Source: Lobosporangium transversale (taxonomy: Eukaryota). From it: a DNA stretch of 64,000 nt. Numbering within the stretch: the first letter of the stretch is position 1; every line of letters begins with the position of its first letter. Of this stretch, positions 28,838 to 41,647 are shown piece after piece. Both the position numbers and the translations under genes were made by a program. The stretch spans positions 1-64,000 of the forward strand of contig NW_019029022.1 of NCBI RefSeq assembly GCF_002105155.1, written 5' to 3'. A model generated the notes under the pieces. The model was not told the origin of the DNA. It did no database searches and saw only the letters and a program-made list of their open reading frames with translations.

Positions 28838-28844
<7 letters not shown>
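28386..28844 (+). CDS. Small secreted protein with Tyr/Asp/Pro (YDP/YGP) repeats
   Basis: Signal peptide, a KR dibasic site and C-terminal YDPYDSYDSYGPYDPYSPYGSYGPY repeats. TATAAAA lies upstream at ~28280. Confidence 0.75.
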
Positions 28845-28877
<33 letters not shown>

Positions 28878-29025
28878 AAAGAAAAGAGAGAGAGAGACAA
28901 GGGGAGAAGAAGATGATCCATTTCTTGTCTACAGTAGACAAGTATATATCTCCTCGTTCGTAAAGCCCAATTAAGGAAAAATAAAATGCAAAAAAAAAAA
29001 AAAAAAAAAAAAAATGTAGACTGCA

Positions 29026-29124
29026 TCTAGGCTCGTTCCCATCCCTCTTCACTTTATAAAGGTGACAGGAAATTCCATTTCCTTTTGAGTCACCTAAAGT
29101 GAAGGGGCTGGGAACGAGCCTAGA
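29026..29124. repeat. Long inverted repeat / MITE-like fold-back element
   Basis: 29026-29041 (tctaggctcgttccca) is the exact reverse complement of 29109-29124. Pairing continues inward and the element is flanked by direct repeats (ctgca). Confidence 0.8.
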
Positions 29125-29242
29125 CTGCACCGTATAAATATCTGCAATGTTTTTTTTTTTTTTTTTTTATATGTACGCGTAAAACATGAACCTATTTTTT
29201 ATTTGCCTACAGCCGAACTTCCCGCTGATATCCTAGTCTATA

Positions 29243-29271
<29 letters not shown>

Positions 29272-29275
<4 letters not shown>

Positions 29276-31619
29276 TCGTCAAGGATCTTGAAAAGTGCTT
29301 TTTGAAAAAGGCCTTTGCGCGGTAATCCAGGTACAGCTTCAAGCACGCCCATGATTGCCGACATGGATAAGCCAAGAAGAAGTGTCTCTCCGTGTCTGTG
29401 GGGGTTCAAAAAAAAAAAAAAAAAAAAGGTAAATTAATGAATATGTTACAACATTAATGGTCTTTTTTTTTTTTTTTTTTTTTTTTTGCTTAATGATAGA
29501 CATACTTGATATTACGAACATATTTGGCTTCAACAAGATGATTCCAAATAGTCTTGAGCGCTAACCGTAAAGCAAATAATGAAAGTACTGATTGCCGTTT
29601 AGGTGGCAGAATCAAGGGCCATAGACCAGTCATGGCTCCACTTAGATAATGTCGTTTCGTTGGCAGGAATTCTCTCGGAAGCACATGCTCGAATACACAA
29701 TATAGCGAGAATGCTGTAATGAAAGCACCTAGCAAGCAAATTGTATCGCTCACAATCCGAATACCCGCTTCCTTGACGTAACTCATAACCCTTTTTTTTT
29801 AAGAAAAAAAAAAAAAAAAAAAAAAAAAGGTATGAGCAAAATCCTAGTTAGCAAAAAAAAAAAAAAAAAAAAAGCGGAAGGGAGAGAACTAATAAGAACT
29901 TACCCATTATGGAAAGCACGGCCATCTCGCACCAAAAACATGAGAGCTTCCAACTTTAAATAAATCTTGAAAGCGTACAAAGATTGTCTTTTAGTGAACA
30001 TCAATATGGCTTCTTTACAGCTGGATGTGTTGGCATGGAAGAATCGGCAATACATAGAATCATAATTCATATTTTCGGTGGATTTAAGGACTGGGACACA
30101 AGATGATGGTATGGACAGCTTTTCGAAAGCTGATGCTGACTTGGGGCTGGTGCCTGCATAAGCTGCCATGGCCTTAAACAAGTCCCTAGCAGAAGGATAA
30201 GGCCCATAGACAGCCGGATCGAATTGAGGTGGCCGTATTAGATATGGAGAGCGCAGGGAAAAGATGAAAGTCAATGCCTCAGGCTATTTTGTACAAATAA
30301 AAACGAATGTTACACCAGTGTTGGATTTTCGTCCTGTGTAGGTCGCTCAAGTAAGAAACAAAAACAAATAGAAAACTCCCTCCTTACTGCTAATAATTCC
30401 GTATGGTGAGTGAATGAATGCACGATAACTGCCCAGGACAATGAAGTGATAATCCAGATATTACACCATGCTGGAATCCATTCTAAATACCCTTTATACT
30501 TTAGAGCTGCATATATTATTTCTCCTGCGTAAGTTAGTGAATACAGTGCAACAGCAAGCCGACGCGTCTGTTGTGGGATCAATGCAAACGTTGGTGATGC
30601 AACCAAGGCAGCAATCACCGCAGAACAGAATCTCCTCATGGATGGTCCTTTTCCTTTGCACAGCATTGCCATCGTCCGCGGCGTTGTTGGGCCTTGAACC
30701 TTAAGCTGGGTTTCACAATCTCTTCGATGTGGTTCAGCAACAGTTGGGGCACCATCCAATAGCATAGCCATATACCGAAAGACTAATTTGTAAACGAGTG
30801 CAAAGAATCCAATAGAGAGGCCTAAGGAGCGAGAAGAATGGTTCTTTTTGAGCCGTTGTAAAAGACCTTTGAGCCGAAGCTTCAAAAGAGCAGGCAATAA
30901 AACGTCTGTGATTGTGCCTGCCAAATAGCCAGCTACAAATCCACGGACGCCAGCTCGAGTTGCCCCAGATAAATCATCTGGATATGACGAAAATACAGAA
31001 GACATCGGGGATTTTTGTCGCTTCGACCTATTGTTGGAGTGAAGTGATACCCATGTTTTTGTCAAGATGATGTCGGGTTACTGACTCGGCGAATTATTCT
31101 CATTACTCTTGTTTTAAACAAATAGGTTATTCCTTACTCGAACCATGCTACATATTCTTCAGAACTAACTAACATGGCCGTGGCTAGTTTTTTGGCAGCT
31201 ACGGTAGCTCTGTTAGTGCTGTTATGGTGTTTCCAAGAGATGTTTTTATCTTTCTTTTTGAAGCAAGATAATCGACCAAAACCTAGCCATCTGTAGCCTA
31301 CAGGGGAGATAAGAAATGACAGCAGGGTCATTTTATGGCTACCATGACGATGACCTAGGCTACCACCATCGTCTGTTGTCCACTTGGCAGTATCCTCGTT
31401 CTCATTCTCTCTACTATTATTAATATTTATTGACCTGGATAAGTGTAAAGGAATTGCTGTTGGAGGATGTTCAGACTGAGCCTGAGGATGTGATGGTGAA
31501 GGGAAAAAAGTAACACCATTCAATGATGGAAGAGAAGGCGATAGGTTGCTCAAGTCCTCATAGTCCGGTTGAAGACCAGAATTGGTACTGATAACCTCGG
31601 CGTCAGATTTCTTTGACAT
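29272..31619 (-). CDS. TMEM135-like (Tim17/PMP24-related) membrane protein, 5 exons
   Basis: Exons 31619-31138, 31027-30388, 30283-29904, 29790-29506 and 29395-29272 join in frame. Family-like segments include RRLAVALYSLT, CRFFHANTSSC and KRQSVLSLFALR. Confidence 0.7.
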
Positions 31620-32275
31620 AATTGGCAAAATATTTCTTTTTTAAAGAGTGCTTGGAAGAGAGGTAGGTAATGGTTGATAGAAATGTTCAATAAACATAAT
31701 ATAACCAAAGGATGTACTGAGGACGACATAAAATCTCTCCTTTTCTACAGCTACATTCCCCCCCCTAAATTAGCACTCCATTTTTACTAGTTGATGGCAT
31801 ATGATATCGATTTTCCTGTTGCACAAAAATTTGGATAACCCTCCTCCCTTAAGTCCCTTAATGACCATAAAAGCCTCAAGCCACAAAAGTGCTAGAACGG
31901 CGGCTGTGGTGTCCAATAAAAAATCATTCGACTTGCGTGAGTGCACGTGATTCTAGTTTTGGTGCAAGGGCCACAACCCCTTAATAGGATAGGCAGTTCA
32001 ATGATTCATCATTGATTCACGGCTCACGAGGACAGACGCATAGGAACATGTGTTTTTAACGTGAGAGCTTCCTTGCAACTAACAGGTTGACATTACTAAC
32101 TCTTTCTCAAGTCACTTCATTGCACGTTGCAAAAGGGCGTTATATAGCAAAAAGAAGTTTTACAACAGTGCGAGAGCCAACGAGGAAAAGCCCAGCACAG
32201 AGCAGCTACAACAGTATCAACAACAGCAGCAGCAGCAATAGTAAATACGTAGCAGGAAAAAAAAAAAAAAAAAGA

Positions 32276-33475
32276 ATGGCTTCATGGCATTTAAGCGAAC
32301 AGCAAAAACGCATTTGTCTTTTTCCTATTCCAACGCTACCTCGTCTAGGCCCTAAGGCACGAGATGTCGCTATCTATTTTTCAGGAGCACTGGTATGAAC
32401 AAAAGCCTTAAAAAAATCCCCTGCTGACTTATCCTTCCATTTTGGCAGCTTGGACAGCTTTTCAAGGTGAAAACTTTTTTTTTTTTTTTTTTTTTTTTTT
32501 CCTAACGTTCTACGAATGATATTTTCTTCTATTATTATGTTTCGATGAATGGGGGATAGTTTGCTCTTGGCTGGTGGTTCTTTATTGATGCAGTCATCCG
32601 TTCTAAGAACTGGGATTACAGTGAAGGCTTCAAGAAGACAGAGGTTGCCTTTGTAGACTGGGTCCCTGGCATCTGTAGTACCATTGGCATGATAGTGTAA
32701 GTCAATTCCCCATTCCTCCTAAGCCTCTTCATTCCTTTATCTCCATATCCCTCTTTAGTGTTTTGCACTTTCTTTTCTTTTTCTTATTTCTTTTTTTTAT
32801 TGCTATCCGCGCTCAACTTTTTTTATAAAAATAATTAATATGGCAAAACGGTTTAAAATTTTTTTTGATGTTATTTACTAAAAGTATTTTTTTTCCTCTT
32901 CATTTCATAGTATCAGTAGCATTGATAAAGCTGCACTTAGAGGCGATTCATTTTCGTTTTCGAGTGGGGGTGGAAGTGCAAGCATTGCATGGAAAGCACG
33001 TGTGTTCTTATTCATTGGATTCGCATTTATGGCTGGAGGACTTGCAGGCTCAGTGGTAAGAATTATGGAGAGGCTTTATATATATGTGTGTGTATATATA
33101 TTGCATAGTGTATACAGTTCATAAAGCATTTTCCTCCTTCTCAATCATATTAGTCCGTTCTGTGCATCAAATATATTTTGCCAGCCTATGGTGAGCCATT
33201 CACCTTCTGGGGAGTTTGCAACGTTGTCCAGAATGCATCAATTATGTTCAGGTATTTAACCAAAGGGTGGCAGGAATATGAGTCAGCCGTTAATATTGTT
33301 CATTGTCCTTTATTCTATTCTGCAGTGAATCTTAGAGAACTGACACTTTTTTTTTTTTTTTTTTCTTCTCTTTTTCTTTTTCTTTTTAAATATGATATTG
33401 AAATATTATAGCGCTGCAATTTTGTGGGTTGCTCAAAGCACTGAATCTGAATACCAGTACAATTTTGCTATCTAA
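32276..33475 (+). CDS. VPS68: Vacuolar protein sorting 68 (UPF0220/TMEM50), multi-exon
   Basis: The spliced product contains YFSGALFALGWWFFIDA, FVDWVPGICSTIGM, AWKARVFLFIGFAFMAGGLAGS and ends in SEYQYNFAI*. Confidence 0.88.
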
Positions 33476-33705
33476 TACAGTCCAAGAATAAGCAGGCGCT
33501 AAAGGAAGTGATGATTTAAATGTATATTCTCAAAACGAAGTAGAACCCCTCCTCGGTATGAATAAGTGGATGAGTACATGAAAAATAAAAAAGTGATAAT
33601 AGTAAAAGTGTGTCCAAAATATTTTTTTCCCACTCTTTTTTTTATTTTTTTATTTTTATTTTTATTTTTTTTTTGTTTGTTTGTTTAATTAATAGTATTA
33701 CTTGT

Positions 33706-33936
33706 TCAGAAAAATGAGACAGAATGTAGGATTGAAGTATTGGGGTAACGCTGCTGGAAGCGGTCCAGAATGGGTTGAATTTCCTCATCTAAATCTTTCG
33801 ATTGCTCAATATCTTTGGCGAGATGAAGAATCATCCGTCCACCAACCATCGCTTCCTCATAGTTATCCTTGATCTCAACGTTAATTACGTGGACTGGATT
33901 GCTATGCGACTCGCCACGTTGAATCAGATCTAATAA

Positions 33937-33973
<37 letters not shown>

Positions 33974-34709
33974 TTTTAAAAAAAGAAAGAAGAAAAGAAA
34001 AGAAAAGTTCATTAATACGCGGATTAAATTATTTTACAAAATAATAATGATGAGTTTTACTTCCCAGGCTACTCCCATGGAAAAATTAAAAAAAAAAAAA
34101 AAAAAAAAAAAGAGTACCTTCACACACCGCATCGAAGCAGCGCTCTTCACAAGTGATGATCACATCAAATTCCTTCCTACTCTCTTGGAACCGTTCCGGT
34201 GAAGTTTTGATTTTTCGATTCCTGTCCAGCATTAGCAGTAATCCATTGGATTGGTATCTTGAAATCAAATCAAATACAATAAAATACAATACAATACAAT
34301 AAAATAAAAAAAAGTCAATAAAAGTCCTAGATATGGCATTAACGGTCAATTGGGAGTTGAGCATATATATATAATCCTTACAATGATGCGTCCTTGCCTT
34401 TCAATTCTATATAGACGTCATTATAGGGTGTTCCAAAGTTATAAATGTTAGGTTTGTCAATCGTCGGTCCTGGTAAACGAACCATTGTTCCTGTGCCGTA
34501 CGATGATACTGTAAAACCATTTTTACTATTTAATTTATGTCTCTACATTAGTTCAATTAGGATTGGTATCCTTTTATCAAATATCCAGTAGTGAACAGCT
34601 TGTAAAGTTACAAAAAAAAAAAAAAAAGAAAGAAAGCTTACAGTAGCACGTTATGCGCCTCCATGCTTCGGTTCTGATTGGAAGCACAAATGACTGCAAA
34701 GCGGACCAT
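33706..34709 (-). CDS. SSU72: RNA polymerase II CTD phosphatase Ssu72, 4 exons
   Basis: [19 protein letters not shown] (CX5R), [13 protein letters not shown] and [16 protein letters not shown] are present. Confidence 0.95.
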
Positions 34710-35862
34710 GTTGGAGAATGACAATGAACCTTTTTTTAATGCTGAATTATTCTAATTGAGGATAAAAAAGAGAAGATGCCTTTTGCTTCCCCCTTTTTAA
34801 AGAAAATGGTCACATGGTTGCGTTGCCACTAATTTTGGGTTATATTTATGCAAACTTAAGTATTTGGCATGTTGCAATAATAGCCAGCTAAGAAATCGTC
34901 AAATCTTTTATTCTATTCTATGAACAGCTGCTTTCTCGGCAGTTTGGTCTCTTGAGCAATGGGTCGTGGCCTTGAAGGGGGGCCAAAAGGCCCTCAAATG
35001 TCTTGAGGACATGCATCAAAGTTCGTTCTTGATAACACTAGCAAACTCCTTGAACTAAATGCAGTAAGAGAGAGGAACGAGGCAGCTGCAACTGGAAGGA
35101 ACTTGGAGCTCCTGAAGAGAGCGATTGACAAATGAGAAAAAAGAGAGTCGTGAGAGAAGGAAGGCATTTGCATGGATATACGAGAGAAAGATAAAGAGAT
35201 AAAAAGAAGATAAAACAAAGGCATCAGAGACGACGATCTTTGAATTCACAAGTAAGCCAAGAGCACAATTTGTAGGAAATGGAGTGGAAAAAACGAACGA
35301 GGCTAGAATGGGGCTATAACCGCGATTTGTGGAAGTTCAGGGATTATGAAGCGAGATATTGAACTTGCACGACAACTAAGATCTTCTTGGCTTTATGTGT
35401 ACTTTGCCGGCTAAACTTTTTTTTATTTTATTTTTTTAACAGAGTCCTTGTTGTAGATTCCTTAAGATCACTTTGTACCTAAAGCTGCCACACTGACCAA
35501 GATCCTCTATGAGCAAGCTCACTACTAAGTCTTCTTATAGCCTAAGAAAGCTTATTGGGCCACAAACAGTGCGACAATGTCCCTGAAATGAGCAAGAGCA
35601 GCAACATCGAGAGTAAATGCGAGAATAGGATAGTAATACCCCTGATTAGGAAGTACAGGTGTTTTGAATAAGATAAAGGTAGCTCATAATTACGGTGCAC
35701 GGACCGATTCTTTAAAAGAAAGAAATGTCTGTGTAACATCACCGGGGCTTTACAAGTCTCTTAATATCCCATCGTTTAACCTTCAGAACCAGAAGTCTGG
35801 ATTGATATATATATATATTATATAATATTTTATAAAGCAACAAGATTGAACTTGGTCTATAC

Positions 35863-36416
35863 TTATTTATCTTTATCTGCTTCACTATTTTTACTACCGT
35901 TATTGCTATCCAACTCGATTGGCTCTACAATCAATTTCTCCTGAACAAAACCCTTTTTACCAACAAAAGTCTCCATGGCCTTATCAGCACCACTGATTGT
36001 CCTAGCCAGATCCTGAAACCATGCTGGAGTAATCGAGACCAATGGGACAAAATGAACATAGAATGGCATCATAATCTGGTTTCGACCTCGTCTTTCTTCC
36101 ATGGACCGAATAATCTTTCGAACTACTTCCAAGGGTTCTAAGGGAGGTGTGAAGAAGGGTAGATTTTCTTTCACCCCATGAAACATCCCTGTCTCCACTT
36201 TCCCACAACAGACCAACGTTGTCTTCACACCAGGGGTCTTGTAAACATATCTGATTTCGGTTTCAAGTACCTCATGGAATGACTTTGCAGCAGCCTTTGA
36301 CGCAGCATAGTCCGCTATAGTAGCAACAACAGCAATAACAGGTTATATCATAAATGACTGAAAGATGGCGCTAATTATTGGTCGTGGTTGTAATAGCCTC
36401 TAGCAGCAACAACAGA

Positions 36417-36452
<36 letters not shown>

Positions 36453-36588
36453 GAAAAGGAAAAAAAAAAAAAAAAAAAAAAAAAGTCCTTACCAATTTGT
36501 GGTGCTCCCATCATTCCCATTGCGGACGAAATTGTAATCTAACATTGATAGAAGAGTAAACAAGACCAAAAGAGTAGTGCAATATGTA

Positions 36589-36622
<34 letters not shown>

Positions 36623-36876
36623 CGATAATACGTTAAGTTGTTGAACAATACTTAAAAACATTTTTGTCGACATAAAAGTAAACCCCATTTGACTATTTTT
36701 TTTTCCTTTCCATACAATGTGTCCATGATTATTTTTAATCATATCTGGTAAAAATTCCTTGATCATCCAGGCTTGACCGAAAAAATTCACATTCAGTGTC
36801 CTAAATAAAGCAAAAACAAAAAAAAAAAAAAAAAAAAAAAAAATAGAAGTAAAAAGTCAACAAATGTTAAAATAAA

Positions 36877-36914
<38 letters not shown>

Positions 36915-37673
36915 CTTACTTCTTGATATCATCAACTGACAGATCAAGGATTGGTTTTCCATGAACGATACCGGCGTTATTGACTAGGATAGTAGGTTCA
37001 CCCACATCCTCACGGATCTCTTTGGCAACACGGACAATGTCTTCGGGATTTGATACGTCGCAGATGTAACTCTCAATATCCACTACACACCATAATACAA
37101 GTGTATTAAGCAATTTTATCATTTAGGACTAGGATTAACGAGACCATCACTTGGTATTAACAGTAAAAGATATTTTTTTACTTTACATGCAGTTTTAACA
37201 GGATGAATGTCAAGAACAACAACTGTGATGTGTCGAATAGCCAATGCTTCCGCAAGGAGATAGCCTACTCCATTAGCACCTACTCGAATGTTTTTTTTTT
37301 TTTTTTTTTTTTTTTTTTGCAAAATAAACAAGATCAGAGATCAATATCTTACTGATTCATGATCACCCTAAGAAAAAAGGGCTCCTATCCTTTCTATTTA
37401 TCAATCTTTTCAACCCTCACCTCCTGTGATCAATACAATTTCATCGTCCCAGTCAATCTTGCCATCTTGGCGCTGACTACGATCATGTAACCAATAGGCC
37501 AATCTGATAGTAAAGAGCAAGACTCCATAAACAGCTGCCAGCTGGAATGCTAGGCCTTCGTTCGTGATACCATAGAGTTTGATACAAGGGATGAGAAAGA
37601 ATGGGAAAGACAAATGGAACACAGATGCATTCAACATTCGCACCACAAAGTCAATGCTTCGACGGTTCACCAT
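35863..37673 (-). CDS. Short-chain dehydrogenase/reductase (RDH10/17beta-HSD11-like), multi-exon
   Basis: TGGANGVG Rossmann motif (spliced), ILVNNAG, NFFG and the catalytic DYAASK are present, with an N-terminal membrane anchor. Confidence 0.88.
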
Positions 37674-37994
37674 TGTGAGCACTTTATTTTTTTTGGATGA
37701 TCAAGTGGAGTGATGTTAAGGAATAAGGTAAAAATTATATTTCTCTGTCTATGAATCTTTATTGTAGCAATATCCTGAAATATTGTTCCTTGCTCCAATT
37801 TAATGTGTAATGTGTAATGTGTAATGGGCATTTTTTATTATGGAATAGTCGTACACTCAAAAAATCTCAAATCTAAACTAAATGACCAATATGGTACAAT
37901 GCTTTCTCTTTTGACAAAGATTACAATAAAACGTAAAGCGTGGCAAAATGAAGAATAATCAATCTCGTATGAAATGCTGTCTTGTTACTTGTCC

Positions 37995-40900
37995 TTAAGC
38001 TGATCGCTTGACTGACCGCGATACAGAATCAAAAAGCTTCTCAATGTCAGGGTCAATCCTAGTGAACGCATGGTCCCAAAATGCATAGCGTGGATTCTTG
38101 ATAAGCTCAATAAACGTAATCAGCAAACCCCATGGATGTGGGCGGTTTACAATCAGACGTTCCAACAGAACCCTATGTTTTATGTATGTAAAGTGTCAAT
38201 TGTTAGGATGAGAGAACAAAAAAAAAAAAAAAAAAAAAAAAAAATCCAAGGAAAACAGAATTCAAAGGTATTCCTTCCTTTACCTTGTAATCTGCTCTTT
38301 GATCTTTTCCTGAGTAGCCTCATGGAAGAGGTACAGGAGCACACGACTGAAGTAATGCGTATGAGAATTAGGGTATCTCAATTGGTTGGCAATCGCACTC
38401 AAGAACAAGTAGCGGCCTTCAGAATCCAACTCTGTCAACAGTTTTTGGAAAATATCCATTGATGCTGTCTGCGCGATCTGGGAAGACGAAGACGATGAGG
38501 ATCCTGTAGGTGAAGACACAGTCTTGTTGTCATTATTACTGTTGGCATTCGCATCTCCGATGTCTTTGCTGCTGCTGCTGCTGTTACCATTGTCTTCTGA
38601 TTTGGAAGCATGCAATTGTGCAATGCCATTGACGCCAACATACAAGACCAACGAGTTGATCATCGGTACATTGTATTTGGATCCTCCAGAGAACAAGTCC
38701 TGATTGTTAGGATCAAGTGCCAGGATCTCTTGCCAGTTGTCCAAGAATGCTGCATGTTCACGTGTTCGCAAATACGTATCAACGTCGCTCTTCATGCTAA
38801 CAGACAGACTGCTAGTGTAATCTGAAAGCACACGTGGTGGTTGATGAATTTCCGCCAAAAGATCCACTTTCAGGTTGGGCGTGAAAGGATCTGGCAACCT
38901 CATGTTGCGCGGGAACGCGCTGAGAATCAGGTTGCGCAGTTGAATGCATGTATGAGGAATCACATCACAGAAACTAAAGTGGTAGTCGCACAGGAACTCG
39001 GGGAAATCGTGTAGTAACACAAGCAACACCCGAAGTGTACCCTTGTAAAGTGCCCGAGTTGTGTCCCGCATCTCCCCTCCAACCAAGAATGGGATCAAGA
39101 AACGGAAGAGGCACACGAGAAGCTTCTGGAATGAGGCCCATCCCTTACCATTCTCCGCCAGCAGCAACTTTGGCATAAATGCACGATGAGAAATAAGTGA
39201 AAGCCATCCGTATGTAAATCCAGGGAAGACCAAAGGCTGCAAAGTATGGAATGTGTTGCTAAAAGCTGTCAAGATCTGGAAATACATGCCAGGGCTTGAC
39301 TCATACGAAGTCATCATCTCTGTCAACAGACCCGAGAATAGACGCAGGAAGGGTTTCTGGTTGAACTGACCGCGACGTTGTTCATGTGCCTGAGCCAAGA
39401 CTAAAACAATGATGGACAACAAAGTAGTAAGATACGTGACCTTGGCTCCGCTGTGGTTCACGCCTTGAGGATCTGAGTAATGTTTGACAAGGGTAACAAT
39501 CAATTTAACGAAGGCGTCAACGCCCTGATATGCAGCGGTAGTGTTGGTAACTTTGTATTTGATGTAGCTCTCCACACTCATTTCCGTGCATACTCTGAAG
39601 AACAATGACGAAATTTCTTCGCCCTTCAAGACACCCTGCTGTTGAATCGAATTGATAAAAGCACCATAATCCTTATCGTTTGAAGTCGGAAGCTGATAAA
39701 CGCGAATCCATTCAGCAAAGATAAAGGCAAGTTGTTCTCGCAGCACTGAATTGTCGATATCCTTGGCGGCCTCCCTAGGTGCCAGAGCACGTCGGCGGAT
39801 ATCCTCGATAAGTAAGACAATAGGTTCGACAGTCTTGCCTCCGCGTTGCGCCAGGCGGTTAAGCACGTTGAGTGAGTTGATGAATTCGTTGCGGCTAGCG
39901 CAGGGTTGTTCACTAAGGACACATTCGCGAATCAACTTGATAGCGTACTCAACTATACCGGGACGGCCAATCTCAATTAGGCGCGCCAGTTGAATATCCT
40001 GGTCAACAAGGCTCACTAATCCGGCCTTAGTCAACGTCACAGTGACAGGCACATTAAACTTGCGCTCATCGTCCGCATAGATAAGCCATTCAGTCACTTC
40101 CTTGGCCACCTTGCTCGAAAGGGCACAGAGCTGCTCCAACAACACTGCATACACATCTCGCGACAATACCTGGTCTGTCTTGTACAGTAACTGAACAATC
40201 TTTTGCGAGAACGTCAGTGCCATCTCATCAGGACTGAAAGACTGTGCAGGGATTAAGGGTACGAGACGAGCTAGCATCTTGACCTCGTGGTTGGGAGGAA
40301 GTGCTGCCAAAGGCATTGAGGGCGAAAGACTGATAAGCTTGTCAAGCTCACTGATGATTTGAGCAAACTTCTCCAGAGCCTGGTGAGCTGACAGTGGAAT
40401 GGGCGCGTTGTTATACGACAATTCGTTAGTATTGAACGGGAAGGCTTGACCGGCATCAGCCCTTGCATTGAGAGGAGTACGAACACTTCTGTCAGTGTCA
40501 AAGACTGGTGCCATAGCTGCCTGTCTGGGCAAGCGGGCGAAATCCTCATAAACGCGCAGCTGCTGAGCCGAGAGACCTGTAGGCTTAATACGGAGGGGCT
40601 CGGGAAGGCTGGCAGGATAGCGAGAAGACTGATACGTAGCCACGTCGTAATAAGGTTGTCCTGTACGTTCGCGATGCTTCTTCCTTGCATTAAATGCATT
40701 CGCTAAGCTCTCTTCGATTTCTGGAATGGCCTTTTCCATAGCTGCCTTTTCGATAACGGAACAAGCAAGATCCAAATTGTCATTAACAGTCATCAGAATG
40801 GATTGTTCTGGCATATTCTGATCTGTAAATCCATTCTGGAGGAACAGCGTGCGAATAATATTAGCCATGCTAACTCGGAGTGGCTCCTTGCAAGTAACAA

Positions 40901-41616
40901 GGGCAAGACTACCAGCAAGATTTTGAACCATAAGATGAGCGGCCTTGCGCATCTTTTCCTCATTAGGCTCCATGGCAAAGTCCTTAATGATCATCTCACG
41001 TGTGGAAATGCCTGCAATAGTGACAGAGCGATCGACAACAGGAGCAACAATCTCTCGGACAGCACGATCGATGGCAATATGCACGAGTCGCTTGAGAGCA
41101 GGGCGCTCATTGTAGAACGCAGGAGGATTGAAAGTGACAAATGCAGCCAAATTGGGAACCATCTCCATAGAAGCATCCTGCTGTGAAGTGGCAACGGTCG
41201 AAGGGACTGCAGCTTGAACGGGCATTCTTGCTGATGGAGCATATCCGCCCATTGAAAGACGCTCAAAGTCCTGAGTAAGTGTTGCAGGGTGAGCGACAAG
41301 TTCCTGGGGGGCCTGTCCTTCAGAATGCTAGTAGGTTCAATTTCTTTGAGATCAAGCGACAAACTGTTGCAGAGCACCTCGATTTCAAACTTGAGATGCA
41401 GTTTCAAGTCTGCAAACTGATAAAGCTCGACAAGAAGACGCATAATGGCCACAAGCCAGGGGTTAGGTGGCTTGAAGACCTTACTCTTGTTGCACTGTTC
41501 CAGAACCTTGCAGACAAATGGAATGGCGACAATCAGTCTGTTGCTGTCGTAACCTTCAATGAGAAGTTCCTAGAGATTTATGTATGAAAGTGATAAAACG
41601 GAGTTAGTCTACGAGG

Positions 41617-41647
<31 letters not shown>

